Position numbers and translations under genes: made by a program. Under the pieces are notes generated by a model. That model did no database searches, was not told the DNA's origin, and saw nothing but the letters and a program-made list of their open reading frames with translations. Of a DNA stretch of 64,000 bases, positions 1 through 9,025 are shown one piece after another. Positions within the stretch are counted from its first letter, which is position 1. Every line of letters starts with the position of its first letter. Origin of the DNA: an uncultured Actinomycetota bacterium (GTDB taxonomy: Bacteria; Actinomycetota; Actinomycetes; JACCUZ01); NCBI GenBank assembly GCA_963705885.1, contig OY970120.1, positions 98,179 through 162,178 of the forward strand, written 5' to 3'.

Positions 1-425
1 CGCTGTCCGGCTCGGTCGACGGTATCGACGGCGAGTCGCTGCGGTGGGCGCTGTCCCGGCTCGTGGGGCAGATGGGGATGTGGTGTGCCGCGATGGAGGA
101 CGGCGAGTACGACTTCGCCGTGGAGCACCAGGAGTCGGTCGCCTCGATGCGGCGGCGGCTGGAGGTCACCGGTCCGCCGTTCGTCGACCAGGTGCGCGAG
201 GTGGCAGATGAGGCCCGGTTCGACGAGACCTTCGTGGACGCGTTCTCCCCCCAGCCCGTGGTTCTGACGTACGGCGCGATGGTGGCGCATGTGCTCAGCT
301 TCGGGGCACACCACCGGCTTCTCGCCGTCTCGAAGCTCCGGGAGCTGGGCATCACCGACCTCGGCTACGGCGACCCGAAGGCGTGGTTCGCCCAGCAGAT
401 CAGCGAGATCGATCAAGCCCGTTGA
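1..425 (+). CDS. hypothetical protein, 3' portion (gene starts upstream of window); possibly DinB/MDMPI-like family
   Basis: Open frame from window start (frame 3) to TGA at 423-425; high GC3 coding bias; no recognisable catalytic motif. Confidence 0.45.
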   Translation, partial: LSGSVDGIDGESLRWALSRLVGQMGMWCAAMEDGEYDFAVEHQESVASMRRRLEVTGPPFVDQVREVADEARFDETFVDAFSPQPVVLTYGAMVAHVLSFGAHHRLLAVSKLRELGITDLGYGDPKAWFAQQISEIDQAR

Positions 426-482
426 GGTGTGTCCCGGCACCGTTACCGACATGGACGACACCACGGACACGGCAGGGGCACG

Positions 483-1751
483 GTGAGCGCGGCCGACGGA
501 GCCACGACGCCGTCCCTGGCCCGACGACTGGGCACCGGCGACGCCGTCGTCATCGGCCTCTGCGCGATGATCGGGGCCGGTGTGTTCGCCGTGTTCGCCC
601 CCGCCGCGCGGGCCGCCGGGGCGGGCCTCCTGGTAGGGCTGGGCATCGCTGCGGCGGTGGCGACCTGCAACGCCGTCGCGTCGGCGCAACTCGCCATGAG
701 CCACCCGTCGTCCGGTGGCACCTATCTCTACGGACGCGTGGTGCTCGGGGAGTGGTGGGGTTTCCTCGCGGGCTGGGGATTCGTCGTAGGCAAGACTGCC
801 TCGTGCGCCGCCATGGCGATGACGTTCGCCGGCTATGCCGTGCCCGCCGGTGGCTGGTGGACCCGTGCCGCCGCCGTGCTCGCCGTCGCGGCTCTGACGG
901 CGGCCAACCTGCGCGGCATCACGCGGACCGCGACCCTCGCACGGATACTGCTCGCCCTGTCCCTGGTCACCCTGGCGGTGGTCGTGGCCATCTCGTGGCG
1001 CTACGCGGCCGGCGACCACGAGGTGCCCGCGCTCGCCGTTCGCGCCGACCCTGGAGGCGTCCTGGAATCGGCGGGCCTGCTGTTCTTTGCCTTCGCCGGC
1101 TACGCGCGGATCGCCACCCTGGCCGAGGAGATACGACGCCCGGAGATCCTCGGCCGCGCGATCCTCGTCGCTCTCGGCCTCACGATCGCCGTGTACCTCA
1201 CCGTCGGCATCGCCCTGCTGGCCGTGCTGGGCGGAGACCTCCCCGCCTCGAGCACCCCGATAACCGCAGCGGTCCAGGGCGCCGGCGCGTCGTGGGCGGT
1301 CCCGCTGGTGCGTCTGGGCGCAGGGGCTGCCGCACTCGGCGCGCTGCTGGCGCTCCTCGCGGGGGTCGGCCGGACGACGCTGGCGATGGCCAGGGAACGA
1401 GACCTTCCAGTCCGGCTCGCCGCGGTTCACCCCGCGCACCGGGTGCCGCGCAATGCCCAGCTCACCGTCGCGGCTGCTGTGGTCGTCCTCGTGCTGGTCG
1501 CCGATCTGCGAGGCGCAATCGCCTTCTCGTCCTGCGGCGTTCTCGTCTACTACGCCGTCGCCAACCTCGCCGCCTTCCACCAGCCCGCCGGTGAGCGACG
1601 TTGGCCCCGTGCGGTGAACGTCCTGGGTCTTCTGGGCTGCACGACTCTCGTGGTGACCCTGCCTCCAGCCGCGGTGGTGACCGGAGTGACCGTGCTGGCC
1701 GCAGGTCTCGTCGGGCGTCTGGTCCGCCTTCGGATGTCCGCCAGCAGATAG
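483..1751 (+). CDS. APC-family amino acid/polyamine permease
   Basis: About 12 hydrophobic helices and an APC-like N-terminus (GxxDAVVIGLCAMIGAGVF); GTG at 483 chosen over the longer ORF start at 429. Confidence 0.8.
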   Translation: MSAADGATTPSLARRLGTGDAVVIGLCAMIGAGVFAVFAPAARAAGAGLLVGLGIAAAVATCNAVASAQLAMSHPSSGGTYLYGRVVLGEWWGFLAGWGFVVGKTASCAAMAMTFAGYAVPAGGWWTRAAAVLAVAALTAANLRGITRTATLARILLALSLVTLAVVVAISWRYAAGDHEVPALAVRADPGGVLESAGLLFFAFAGYARIATLAEEIRRPEILGRAILVALGLTIAVYLTVGIALLAVLGGDLPASSTPITAAVQGAGASWAVPLVRLGAGAAALGALLALLAGVGRTTLAMARERDLPVRLAAVHPAHRVPRNAQLTVAAAVVVLVLVADLRGAIAFSSCGVLVYYAVANLAAFHQPAGERRWPRAVNVLGLLGCTTLVVTLPPAAVVTGVTVLAAGLVGRLVRLRMSASR

Positions 1752-1816
1752 GGGTCCGTGCGAAAGGATCTTCGCCGGGAGCGCCCGTTCCGGGCGCGGG
1801 GCCTAGGCTCGTCGGC

Positions 1817-2035
1817 ATGTGCCGGAGCATCAAGACCCTTCGCCCGCCCTACACCGAGAGCGTCCAGGACGACGACATGCACGCAGCCGCGCTGCAGTAC
1901 GTCCGCAAGGTCAGCGGCTTCCGCTCGCCGAGCCCCGCCAACACGGAGGCCTTCGAGCGCGCTGTCGCCGAGGTGACCGCCGCGACCCGCGACCTGCTCG
2001 CCGACCTGCGCGTCGGCGCCCGCTCGACCGCCTGA
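1817..2035 (+). CDS. DUF2277-family small protein
   Basis: 72 aa MCRSIKTLRPPY...AALQYVRKVSGF matches the conserved DUF2277 N-terminus (MCRNIKTL...AALQFVRKVSG). Confidence 0.55.
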   Translation: MCRSIKTLRPPYTESVQDDDMHAAALQYVRKVSGFRSPSPANTEAFERAVAEVTAATRDLLADLRVGARSTA

Positions 2036-2127
2036 CGTCGCCCAGCGCCCGACCGCGCCCCGAGTGGTGGCTCTGGCAGGAGGATCGCGGCGATCGGGGT
2101 GCGAGACCCACCACTCGGCGGACCGGG

Positions 2128-2871
2128 TCAGAGCGGGGTGACGTACGCCCCGGAGATCCCGCCGTCGACGAGGAAGGTCGAGGCGGTGATGAACGACGAG
2201 TCGTCGCTGGCCAGGAAGGCCACGGCCGCGGCCAGCTCGGCCGGCTCCGCGAACCGTCCCATCGGCACGTGGACCAGCCGCCGCGCGGCGCGCTCCGGGT
2301 CCTTCGCGAACAGCTCCTGCAGCAGCGGGGTGTTGACCGGTCCCGGGCACAGCGCGTTGACCCGGATGCCCTCGCGCGCGAACTGCACGCCCAGCTCGCG
2401 CGACATCGCGAGCACGCCGCCCTTCGAGGCGGTGTAGGAGATCTGGGAGGTCGCGGCACCCATCACGGCCACGAACGAGGCCGTGTTGATGATGGAGCCC
2501 TTGCCCTGCCGCTGCATGTGGGGGATCACGTGCTTGCAGCACAGGTAGACGGACGTGAGGTTGACCCGTTGCACCCGCTGCCAGGCGTCGAGTCCGGTCT
2601 CGAGGATCGAGTCGTCCTCGGGCGGGGAGATGCCCGCGTTGTTGAAGGCGACGTCCACCGAGCCGTAGGCCTCCACCGCGCGGGTGTAGAGGGCCTCGAC
2701 CTGCGCCTCGTTCGCGACGTCGACCGCCACGAACAGGCCGCCGACCTCGTCGGCCGCCGCCTTCCCCGCAGGCTCGTCGTAGTCGGCGCACACGACCCGG
2801 GCGCCCTCCTCGGCGAAGCGCCGGGCCGTGGCCAGCCCGATGCCGCTGCCCGCGCCGGTCACGACGGCCAC
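2128..2871 (-). CDS. short-chain dehydrogenase/reductase (SDR), 3-oxoacyl-ACP reductase-like
   Basis: TGAGSGIG Rossmann motif, NNAG, YxxxK catalytic motif (YTASK); 247 aa. Confidence 0.85.
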   Translation of the reverse strand: MAVVTGAGSGIGLATARRFAEEGARVVCADYDEPAGKAAADEVGGLFVAVDVANEAQVEALYTRAVEAYGSVDVAFNNAGISPPEDDSILETGLDAWQRVQRVNLTSVYLCCKHVIPHMQRQGKGSIINTASFVAVMGAATSQISYTASKGGVLAMSRELGVQFAREGIRVNALCPGPVNTPLLQELFAKDPERAARRLVHVPMGRFAEPAELAAAVAFLASDDSSFITASTFLVDGGISGAYVTPL

Positions 2872-2892
2872 CCGGTCCTGCAGGCCGCTGGG

Positions 2893-4260
2893 TCATGACT
2901 CCTCCGTCGCGATGAAGACGTTCTTGACCTCGGTGAAGGCGTCCAGCGCGTCCGGCCCGAGCTCGCGGCCGAGCCCGGACTGCTTGAACCCGCCGAACGG
3001 CGTCCAGTAGCGGACCGACGAGTGCGAGTTGACGCTGAGCGCACCCGTCTCGACGGCGCGGGAGACCCGCAGGGCGCGCCCCACGTTCTGCGTCCAGATC
3101 GATCCCGACAGGCCGTACGGCGAGTCGTTCGCGATGCGCACGGCATCGGCCTCGTCCTCGAACGGGATGACCGCCACGACCGGGCCGAAGATCTCCTCGA
3201 CCGCGGCCCTGTCCCCCGGCGACACCGGCGCGAGGACGGTCGGCGGGAACCAGAAGCCGCTGCCGCCGGGCGCCGTGCCGCGGAAGGCGACGGGCGCGTC
3301 GTCCGGGACGTAGGACGCCACCTTCTCCCGGTGCGCGGCCGTGATGAGCGGCCCCATCTCGGACGTGTCCAGTGCCGGGTCCTCGACCCGCACGCCCGTG
3401 ACCGCGGGCTCGAGCAGCTCGAGGAAGCGATCGAAGACGGTGCGCTGCACCAGGATCCGCGAGCGCGCGCAGCAGTCCTGCCCGGCGTTGTCGAACACGG
3501 CGTACGGCGCGGTGGCCGCCGCCCGCTCCAGGTCGGCGTCGGCGAAGACGATGTTCGCGCTCTTGCCGCCCAGCTCGAGGGTGACCGGCTTGACCTGCGC
3601 GGCGCAGCCGGCCATCACGGCCTTGCCGACCTCGGTCGACCCGGTGAACACCACCTTGTTGACGCCGGAGTTGTCGACGAACCGCTGCCCGACGACCGAG
3701 CCCTTCCCGGGCAGGACCTGCAGGACGTCCTCCGGCAGCCCGGCCTCCAGCGCCAGCTCGCCGAGCCGGATCGCGGTCAGTGGCGTGACCTCGGCGGGCT
3801 TGAGCACGACGGTGTTGCCGGCCGCGAGCGCGGGGGCGAGGCCCCAGCCGGCGATGGGCATCGGGAAGTTCCACGGCACGATCACGCCGACGACGCCCAG
3901 CGGCTCCTTGAAGGTGATGTCGACGCCGCCGGGCACCGGGATCTGCCGGCCGAACAGCCGCTCCGGCGCCGCCGCGTAGTAGTGCAGGACGTCGCGGACG
4001 TTGCCGGCCTCCCACCGCGCGTTGCCGATGGTGTGCCCGGCGTTGCGCACCTCGAGCCGGGCGAGGTTCTCGCGGTCGCCGTCGACGGCCTCCGCGAAGC
4101 GGCGCAGCAGCCGGGCGCGGTCACCGGGCGCCACGTGCCGCCAGGTGTCGTACGCCGAGCGGGCGCGAGTCACGGCCGCGTCGGTCTCCTCGGCACTCGT
4201 GAGCCCGACCGTGGCCACCACCGACTCGTCGGCCGGGTTCACCACGTCGTAGGTCGTCAC
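2893..4260 (-). CDS. NAD(P)-dependent aldehyde dehydrogenase (gamma-glutamyl-aminoaldehyde / aminobutyraldehyde dehydrogenase-like)
   Basis: ALDH hallmarks: VGVIVPWNFP, ELGGKS, catalytic Cys region (GQDCCARSR), EEIFGPV. Confidence 0.9.
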   Translation of the reverse strand: MTTYDVVNPADESVVATVGLTSAEETDAAVTRARSAYDTWRHVAPGDRARLLRRFAEAVDGDRENLARLEVRNAGHTIGNARWEAGNVRDVLHYYAAAPERLFGRQIPVPGGVDITFKEPLGVVGVIVPWNFPMPIAGWGLAPALAAGNTVVLKPAEVTPLTAIRLGELALEAGLPEDVLQVLPGKGSVVGQRFVDNSGVNKVVFTGSTEVGKAVMAGCAAQVKPVTLELGGKSANIVFADADLERAAATAPYAVFDNAGQDCCARSRILVQRTVFDRFLELLEPAVTGVRVEDPALDTSEMGPLITAAHREKVASYVPDDAPVAFRGTAPGGSGFWFPPTVLAPVSPGDRAAVEEIFGPVVAVIPFEDEADAVRIANDSPYGLSGSIWTQNVGRALRVSRAVETGALSVNSHSSVRYWTPFGGFKQSGLGRELGPDALDAFTEVKNVFIATEES

Positions 4261-4264
4261 GGCA

Positions 4265-5623
4265 CTACATCCGCTCGAAGCTGCGGAACCGCTCCCAGTC
4301 GGTCACCGCGGAGTTGTAGGCCGCGAGCTCGACCCTGGCCATGTTCGCGTAGTGCGCGACGACGTCCTCGCCGAACGCGGCCCGGGCGATCTCGCTCCCC
4401 TCCCACAGAGCGAGCGCCTCGGCCAGCGTCTCGGGCACGTGCTCGGCATCGCTGGCGTAGGCGTTGCCCTCGAACGCGTCCTCGAGCTCCAGCTCGTTCT
4501 CGATGCCGTGCAGGCCCGCGGCGATGAGAGCGGCGCAGCCGAGGTAGGGGTTGACGTCCCCGCCGGGAACCCGGTTCTCGACGCGCAGCGACGGGCCGTG
4601 ACCGACGACGCGCAGGGCGCAGGTGCGGTTGTCGAAGCCCCACTTCACCGCGGTCGGCGCGAACGAGCCCTCGACGAAACGCTTGTAGCTGTTGATGTTC
4701 GGCGCGAAGAAGAGCGTGAGCTCGCGCATCGCCGCGATCTGGCCGGCCGTGTACTGCCGAGCCAGCGTCGACATGCCGTGGCCGTCGGCGAAGACGAGCC
4801 CGCCGTCGGTGCCACGGAACGAGAGGTGGATGTGGCAGGAGTTGCCCTCCTTCTCGTCGTACTTCGCCATGAAGGTCAGCGACATGCCCTCCTGGTCGGC
4901 GATCTCCTTGGCGCCGGTCTTGTAGACCGAGTGGTTGTCGCAGGTACGCACGACGTCGTCGAAGCGGAACGCGATCTCGTGCTGGCCGAGGTTGCACTCG
5001 CCCTTCGCGCTCTCGACGGTCATGCCGGCACCGGTCATCTCGTTGCGGATCCGCCGGAGCAGGGGCTCGATGCGCGCCGTCCCGAGCATCGAGTAGTCGA
5101 CGTTGTAGAGGTTGGCCGGCGTCATCCCCCGGTAGGCCTTCTGCCAGGCGTCGTCGTAGCGGTCGCGGAAGACGATGAACTCCAGCTCGGTGCCGGCAAG
5201 TGCCACGAGCCCACGCTCGGCAAGCCGCTGCGTCTGGCGCTTGAGCACCTGGCGCGGCGAGGGCGTCACCGGGGTCCCGTCCTCCCAGGCCAGGTCGGCG
5301 ATCAGCAGCGCCGTCCCCGGGTTCCAGGGGACGCGCGAGAGGGTGGCGAGGTCCGGCACGAACATGAAGTCGCCGTAGCCGGTGTCCCACGACGACATGG
5401 CGTAGCCGTCGACGGTGTTCATGTCGACGTCGACCGCGAGCAGGTAGTTGCAGCCCTCAGTGCCGTGCTCGAGCACCTCGTTCATGAAGTGGTGGGCATG
5501 CAGCCGCTTGCCCTGCAGCCTGCCCTGCATGTCGGTGAACGCGACGGCCACGGTGTCCACCGCGCCGGAGCCGATGTCGGCCCGCAGCTCGTCGAGGGTG
5601 ATGCGACCGGCCGGAGCGTCCAC
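4265..5623 (-). CDS. glutamine synthetase-family gamma-glutamyl-amine synthetase (GlnA4/PuuA-like gamma-glutamylethanolamide or polyamine synthetase)
   Basis: GS catalytic-domain motifs (HxHxS: CHIHLSF; NRxxxxRV: NRTCALRV; GxENRxP region); sits with ALDH, SDR and an ethanolamine permease. Confidence 0.85.
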   Translation of the reverse strand: MDAPAGRITLDELRADIGSGAVDTVAVAFTDMQGRLQGKRLHAHHFMNEVLEHGTEGCNYLLAVDVDMNTVDGYAMSSWDTGYGDFMFVPDLATLSRVPWNPGTALLIADLAWEDGTPVTPSPRQVLKRQTQRLAERGLVALAGTELEFIVFRDRYDDAWQKAYRGMTPANLYNVDYSMLGTARIEPLLRRIRNEMTGAGMTVESAKGECNLGQHEIAFRFDDVVRTCDNHSVYKTGAKEIADQEGMSLTFMAKYDEKEGNSCHIHLSFRGTDGGLVFADGHGMSTLARQYTAGQIAAMRELTLFFAPNINSYKRFVEGSFAPTAVKWGFDNRTCALRVVGHGPSLRVENRVPGGDVNPYLGCAALIAAGLHGIENELELEDAFEGNAYASDAEHVPETLAEALALWEGSEIARAAFGEDVVAHYANMARVELAAYNSAVTDWERFRSFERM

Positions 5624-5760
5624 GGCGACCTCTTCCTGCGCGCCAACGGGAACCGAGCGGCGCCACCATAGCCCTAATGGGAAACCCTTGACCCATTTAC
5701 CCGCGCGGGTCTACCTTCCCGATCATCATCGCCGGGTGCGGGGATCGAGAGAGGGACGCC

Positions 5761-7311
5761 ATGGCCGAGCGCCGTTCCACCGTCACGTACCGCGAAGCCG
5801 ACCAGGACTACTTCGCCAAGCGCACCCTGCGCCGTCACGCCGGGGTCTGGTCGCTGTGGGCCCTGGGCGTCGCGGCGGTCATCTCCGGCGACTTCTTCGG
5901 CTGGAACTTCGGCCTGGAGTTCGGCTTCGGCGGGCTGCTGGTCGCCACCGTGGTCATCACGGTCATGTACCTCGGCCTGTGCTACTCCATCGCCGAGATG
6001 TCACCCGCCCTGCCGCACACCGGCGGCGCCTACTCGTTCGGCCGCACCGCGATGGGGCCGTGGGGGGGCTTCGTCACCGGCGTCGCCGAGAGCATCGAGT
6101 ACATCGTCACCCCGGCCGTCATCGTCGTCGGCATCGGCGGCTACATGGACTCGATCACCGACGACCTGTTCGGCTTCTCGATGCCGGCGCCGATCTGGTG
6201 GGCGATCTTCTACGGGCTGTTCGTCGGCCTCAACGTCTTCGGCGTCGAGGCCTCGTTCCGGTTCTCGGTCTTCATCTGCCTCGCTGCGCTCGCGATCCTC
6301 GTCGTGTTCTGGGCCGGCGCCCTGACCAAGCTCGACTTCCAGGCGCAGGCGATCGACTCGGTCGGCGGCTGGTTCCCCGACGGCATCAAGGGAGTGTTCT
6401 TCGCGATCCCGTTCGCCATCTGGTTCTACCTCGCGATCGAGGAGCTGCCGCTCGCAGCCGAGGAGTCGCACGATCCTCGCGTCGACATCCCGCGCGGCAC
6501 GATCTACGGCCTGTTCACGCTGATCGCGGCGGCGTTCCTCACGCTCTTCCTCAGCGCCGGCATCGCCCCCGGGTCGGGTGAGCTCAGCGAGTCGGCCGAG
6601 CCGCTCTTCGACGGGCTGAAGACGATCTTCGGCGACGGCACGGCCGCGTCACTGCTCGCGCTCATCGCGGTCACCGGTCTGGTCGCCAGCTTCCACACGA
6701 TCATCTTCGCCTACGGCCGCAACATCTACTCGCTCTCGCGTGCGGGCTACTTCCCGCACGCGCTCTCGGTCACCCACGGCACCCGCCAGACGCCGCACGT
6801 GGCCCTGCTGACCGGCGCCGTGATCGGCTACATCCTCGCGCTCATCCTCGAGTACTCCGGGTCCGACAGCGTCGGTGCTGCCCTGCTCACCATGGCGGTC
6901 TTCGGCGCGGTCATCTCCTACGTCATGCAGATGGTGTCCTTCGTGCTGCTCCGACGCAGGCGGCCGAACATCGAGCGGCCCTACCGCAGCCCTCTCGGTG
7001 AGTGGGGAGCCATCGTGGCCGGGGTCATCGCGGCGGTGTCGCTGGTGTCGCTGTTCTTCAACGCCGACTACCGGCCCGGGGTCGTGGGCGTCGCGATCTG
7101 GTTCGCGCTCGCGATCCTGTACTTCGCCGTGGTCGGTCGTCACAAGCTGATCCTGTCGCCGGAGGAGGAGTTCGCCACGACCGGCGGGGCGCACGGTGCG
7201 CACCTCGAGACCGAGGGCTACGGCACCACCCACGTCTCCGACATCGTCGGCGACGGTGCCGCCGCGCCGCCGCAGGACCCCGCCGCCCGCCCGCCGTCGA
7301 CGACGGGCTGA
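5761..7311 (+). CDS. ethanolamine permease (APC superfamily, Eat type)
   Basis: 516 aa polytopic membrane protein with an ethanolamine-permease-like N-terminus (TVTYREADQDYFAKRTLRRHAGVWSLWALGV); GAGAGGGA RBS before ATG 5761. Confidence 0.8.
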   Translation: MAERRSTVTYREADQDYFAKRTLRRHAGVWSLWALGVAAVISGDFFGWNFGLEFGFGGLLVATVVITVMYLGLCYSIAEMSPALPHTGGAYSFGRTAMGPWGGFVTGVAESIEYIVTPAVIVVGIGGYMDSITDDLFGFSMPAPIWWAIFYGLFVGLNVFGVEASFRFSVFICLAALAILVVFWAGALTKLDFQAQAIDSVGGWFPDGIKGVFFAIPFAIWFYLAIEELPLAAEESHDPRVDIPRGTIYGLFTLIAAAFLTLFLSAGIAPGSGELSESAEPLFDGLKTIFGDGTAASLLALIAVTGLVASFHTIIFAYGRNIYSLSRAGYFPHALSVTHGTRQTPHVALLTGAVIGYILALILEYSGSDSVGAALLTMAVFGAVISYVMQMVSFVLLRRRRPNIERPYRSPLGEWGAIVAGVIAAVSLVSLFFNADYRPGVVGVAIWFALAILYFAVVGRHKLILSPEEEFATTGGAHGAHLETEGYGTTHVSDIVGDGAAAPPQDPAARPPSTTG

Positions 7312-7349
7312 CCGCGCACCACCGTGGCGCGGATCCCCGGGGGGACGAC

Positions 7350-8081
7350 GTGGCGGCGACGCCCGCACCGCACGCGCAGCCGGCGTTCCGGGCGCTCCGG
7401 GGCGGCAACGCGTACGAGGAGACGGTCGAGCGGCTGCTCCAGGCCGTCAAGCTCGGGCAGGTGCCGGCCGGTGGACGGCTCCCCTCCGAGAGGGAGCTCG
7501 CGGCCGGCCTCGGCGTGAGCCGGCCGACCCTGCGTGAGGCCATCCGGGCGCTCGCGGGGGCCGGCTACGTCGAGTCCCGCCGCGGCCGCACCGGCGGCAC
7601 GTTCGTCCTGCCGTCGTCGGAGTGGCGCCGTGACCAGCGCGACGCGCGCCAGATCGCCCGCGACATGGGCAGCGAGGTGACCGACGCCCTGCTGATGCGC
7701 GAGGTGCTCGAGCCCGGGTCGGCCGCGCTGGCCGCTGCGGCCGACCCCCCGCCGGCGGCCGTCGCGGCGCTGCGGCAGGCCCTGGAGCACGAGCAGACCG
7801 TCGACGTCCGCGACTACCGCCCGGCGGACAGCCGCCTGCACCTCGCCGTCGTCGCGCTCGTCGGGTCGCCGTCGCTGTCCGCGGCCGTGTCAGACAACCG
7901 GATGCGGCTCAACGACCTGCTCGACGCCATCCCCCTGCTGCCACCGAACATCGCGCACTCGCGCGCCCAGCACGCGAAGGTCGTGGACGCCGTGGTGCGG
8001 GGCAGGGTGGACGCGGCCCGGGAGCTGATGGCCCGCCATCTCGACGGCAGCGCGTCGCTGCTGCGCGGCTTCCTGGTCTGA
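7350..8081 (+). CDS. GntR/FadR-family transcriptional regulator (likely regulator of the ethanolamine utilisation cluster, EpuRI-like)
   Basis: N-terminal wHTH (LPSERELAAGLGVSRPTLREAIRALAGAGYV) and FadR C-terminal domain; GTG 7350 is the first in-frame start after the permease stop. Confidence 0.75.
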   Translation: MAATPAPHAQPAFRALRGGNAYEETVERLLQAVKLGQVPAGGRLPSERELAAGLGVSRPTLREAIRALAGAGYVESRRGRTGGTFVLPSSEWRRDQRDARQIARDMGSEVTDALLMREVLEPGSAALAAAADPPPAAVAALRQALEHEQTVDVRDYRPADSRLHLAVVALVGSPSLSAAVSDNRMRLNDLLDAIPLLPPNIAHSRAQHAKVVDAVVRGRVDAARELMARHLDGSASLLRGFLV

Positions 8082-8084
8082 GCC

Positions 8085-8993
8085 TCAGGAACGTCGCGGG
8101 ACGCGGCCGGCGGTGGAGAGAGGGGCCGTCGGCTCGATGCCGTCGACGAGACGGCGCACCGCGCCTGCGACGACCTCGGGGTGCTCCATCTGCGAGACGT
8201 GCCCGCTGTCGGGCAGCACGACCAGCCGGGCGTGGGGCATCGCCTGAGCGGCCCGGCGGGCCGTCCGCGGGTCGACGAGCCGGTCGGCCAGCCCGTAGAC
8301 GAGCAGTGTCGGCACGCGGACGACCTCCGCGAGCCGCCACAGCGGCCAGGCCCGCGGGCGCACGTAGGCGGTGAGCAGGCTGCGCAGCGACCCGAGGACG
8401 GCATCCGCCTCGTGCTCCAGCCCCAGCCTGCGCCGCGCCTCGCTGATCGCCTCGTCCACCCGCTGCGGTGGCACCCGGCCGGGGTCGGAGAACGTCAGCG
8501 CCAGGGTCGCCTGCACGCGCTGGTGCACCGGGAACTGGTTGAGGCGCCGGGCCAGCCGCTGCCCGGCGAACGGCACGGCCAGGGCGGGCAGGTGCAGGTT
8601 GCTCGCCCGCGGGCGCAGCTCCGGCAGCGCCGGGGACACCAGCGTCAGGGTCCGCACCAGGTCCGGCCGCGTCGCGGCGACCACCAGCGATACCGTCCCC
8701 CCGAGCGAGTTGCCGATCAGGTGCACCGGCCCCGACCCGCCGGCCTCGATGAGCCCGGCGACCGTCCGCGCGTGGGTCCGCAGCGAGTAGTCGCGGTCCG
8801 GAGGCGGCGGCGACCAGCCGAAGCCCGGCAGGTCGGGTGCCACCATGTCGAGCCGGTCACGCAGCAGGCCCATGACGTCGGTCCAGTTGGTCGCCGACCC
8901 CCCGAGCCCGTGCAGCAGGACGGCGGGCTCGGCACCGCCGGCATCGGGCGCGGCCCGGCGTACGTGCAGCGTCCCGGCGGGCAGGTCGAGCAT
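8085..8993 (-). CDS. alpha/beta hydrolase fold protein
   Basis: HGLGG oxyanion motif, GNSLGG nucleophile elbow, C-terminal His; ATG at 8993, or alternative GTG at 9029 overlapping the upstream stop (GTGA). Confidence 0.75.
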   Translation of the reverse strand: MLDLPAGTLHVRRAAPDAGGAEPAVLLHGLGGSATNWTDVMGLLRDRLDMVAPDLPGFGWSPPPPDRDYSLRTHARTVAGLIEAGGSGPVHLIGNSLGGTVSLVVAATRPDLVRTLTLVSPALPELRPRASNLHLPALAVPFAGQRLARRLNQFPVHQRVQATLALTFSDPGRVPPQRVDEAISEARRRLGLEHEADAVLGSLRSLLTAYVRPRAWPLWRLAEVVRVPTLLVYGLADRLVDPRTARRAAQAMPHARLVVLPDSGHVSQMEHPEVVAGAVRRLVDGIEPTAPLSTAGRVPRRS

Positions 8994-9025
8994 CCGACCC
9001 GGCCAGGCCGGCCGGACGGCGACGG

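Noticed and set aside
429-482. Longer N-terminus (His/Arg-rich MSRHRYRHGRHHGHGRGT) for the APC permease
   Set aside because: His/Arg-rich extensions of this kind are unusual for APC transporters. GTG 483 gives a canonical N-terminus. The region could, however, be a genuine leader, so this is kept as an alternative.
1550-4015. 821-aa minus-strand ORF spanning the permease 3' end, the DUF2277 gene, and the SDR and aldehyde dehydrogenase regions
   Set aside because: It is antisense, or out of frame, relative to two strongly supported enzyme genes. Its Arg/Gly/Pro-rich translation is typical of spurious ORFs in 72% GC DNA.
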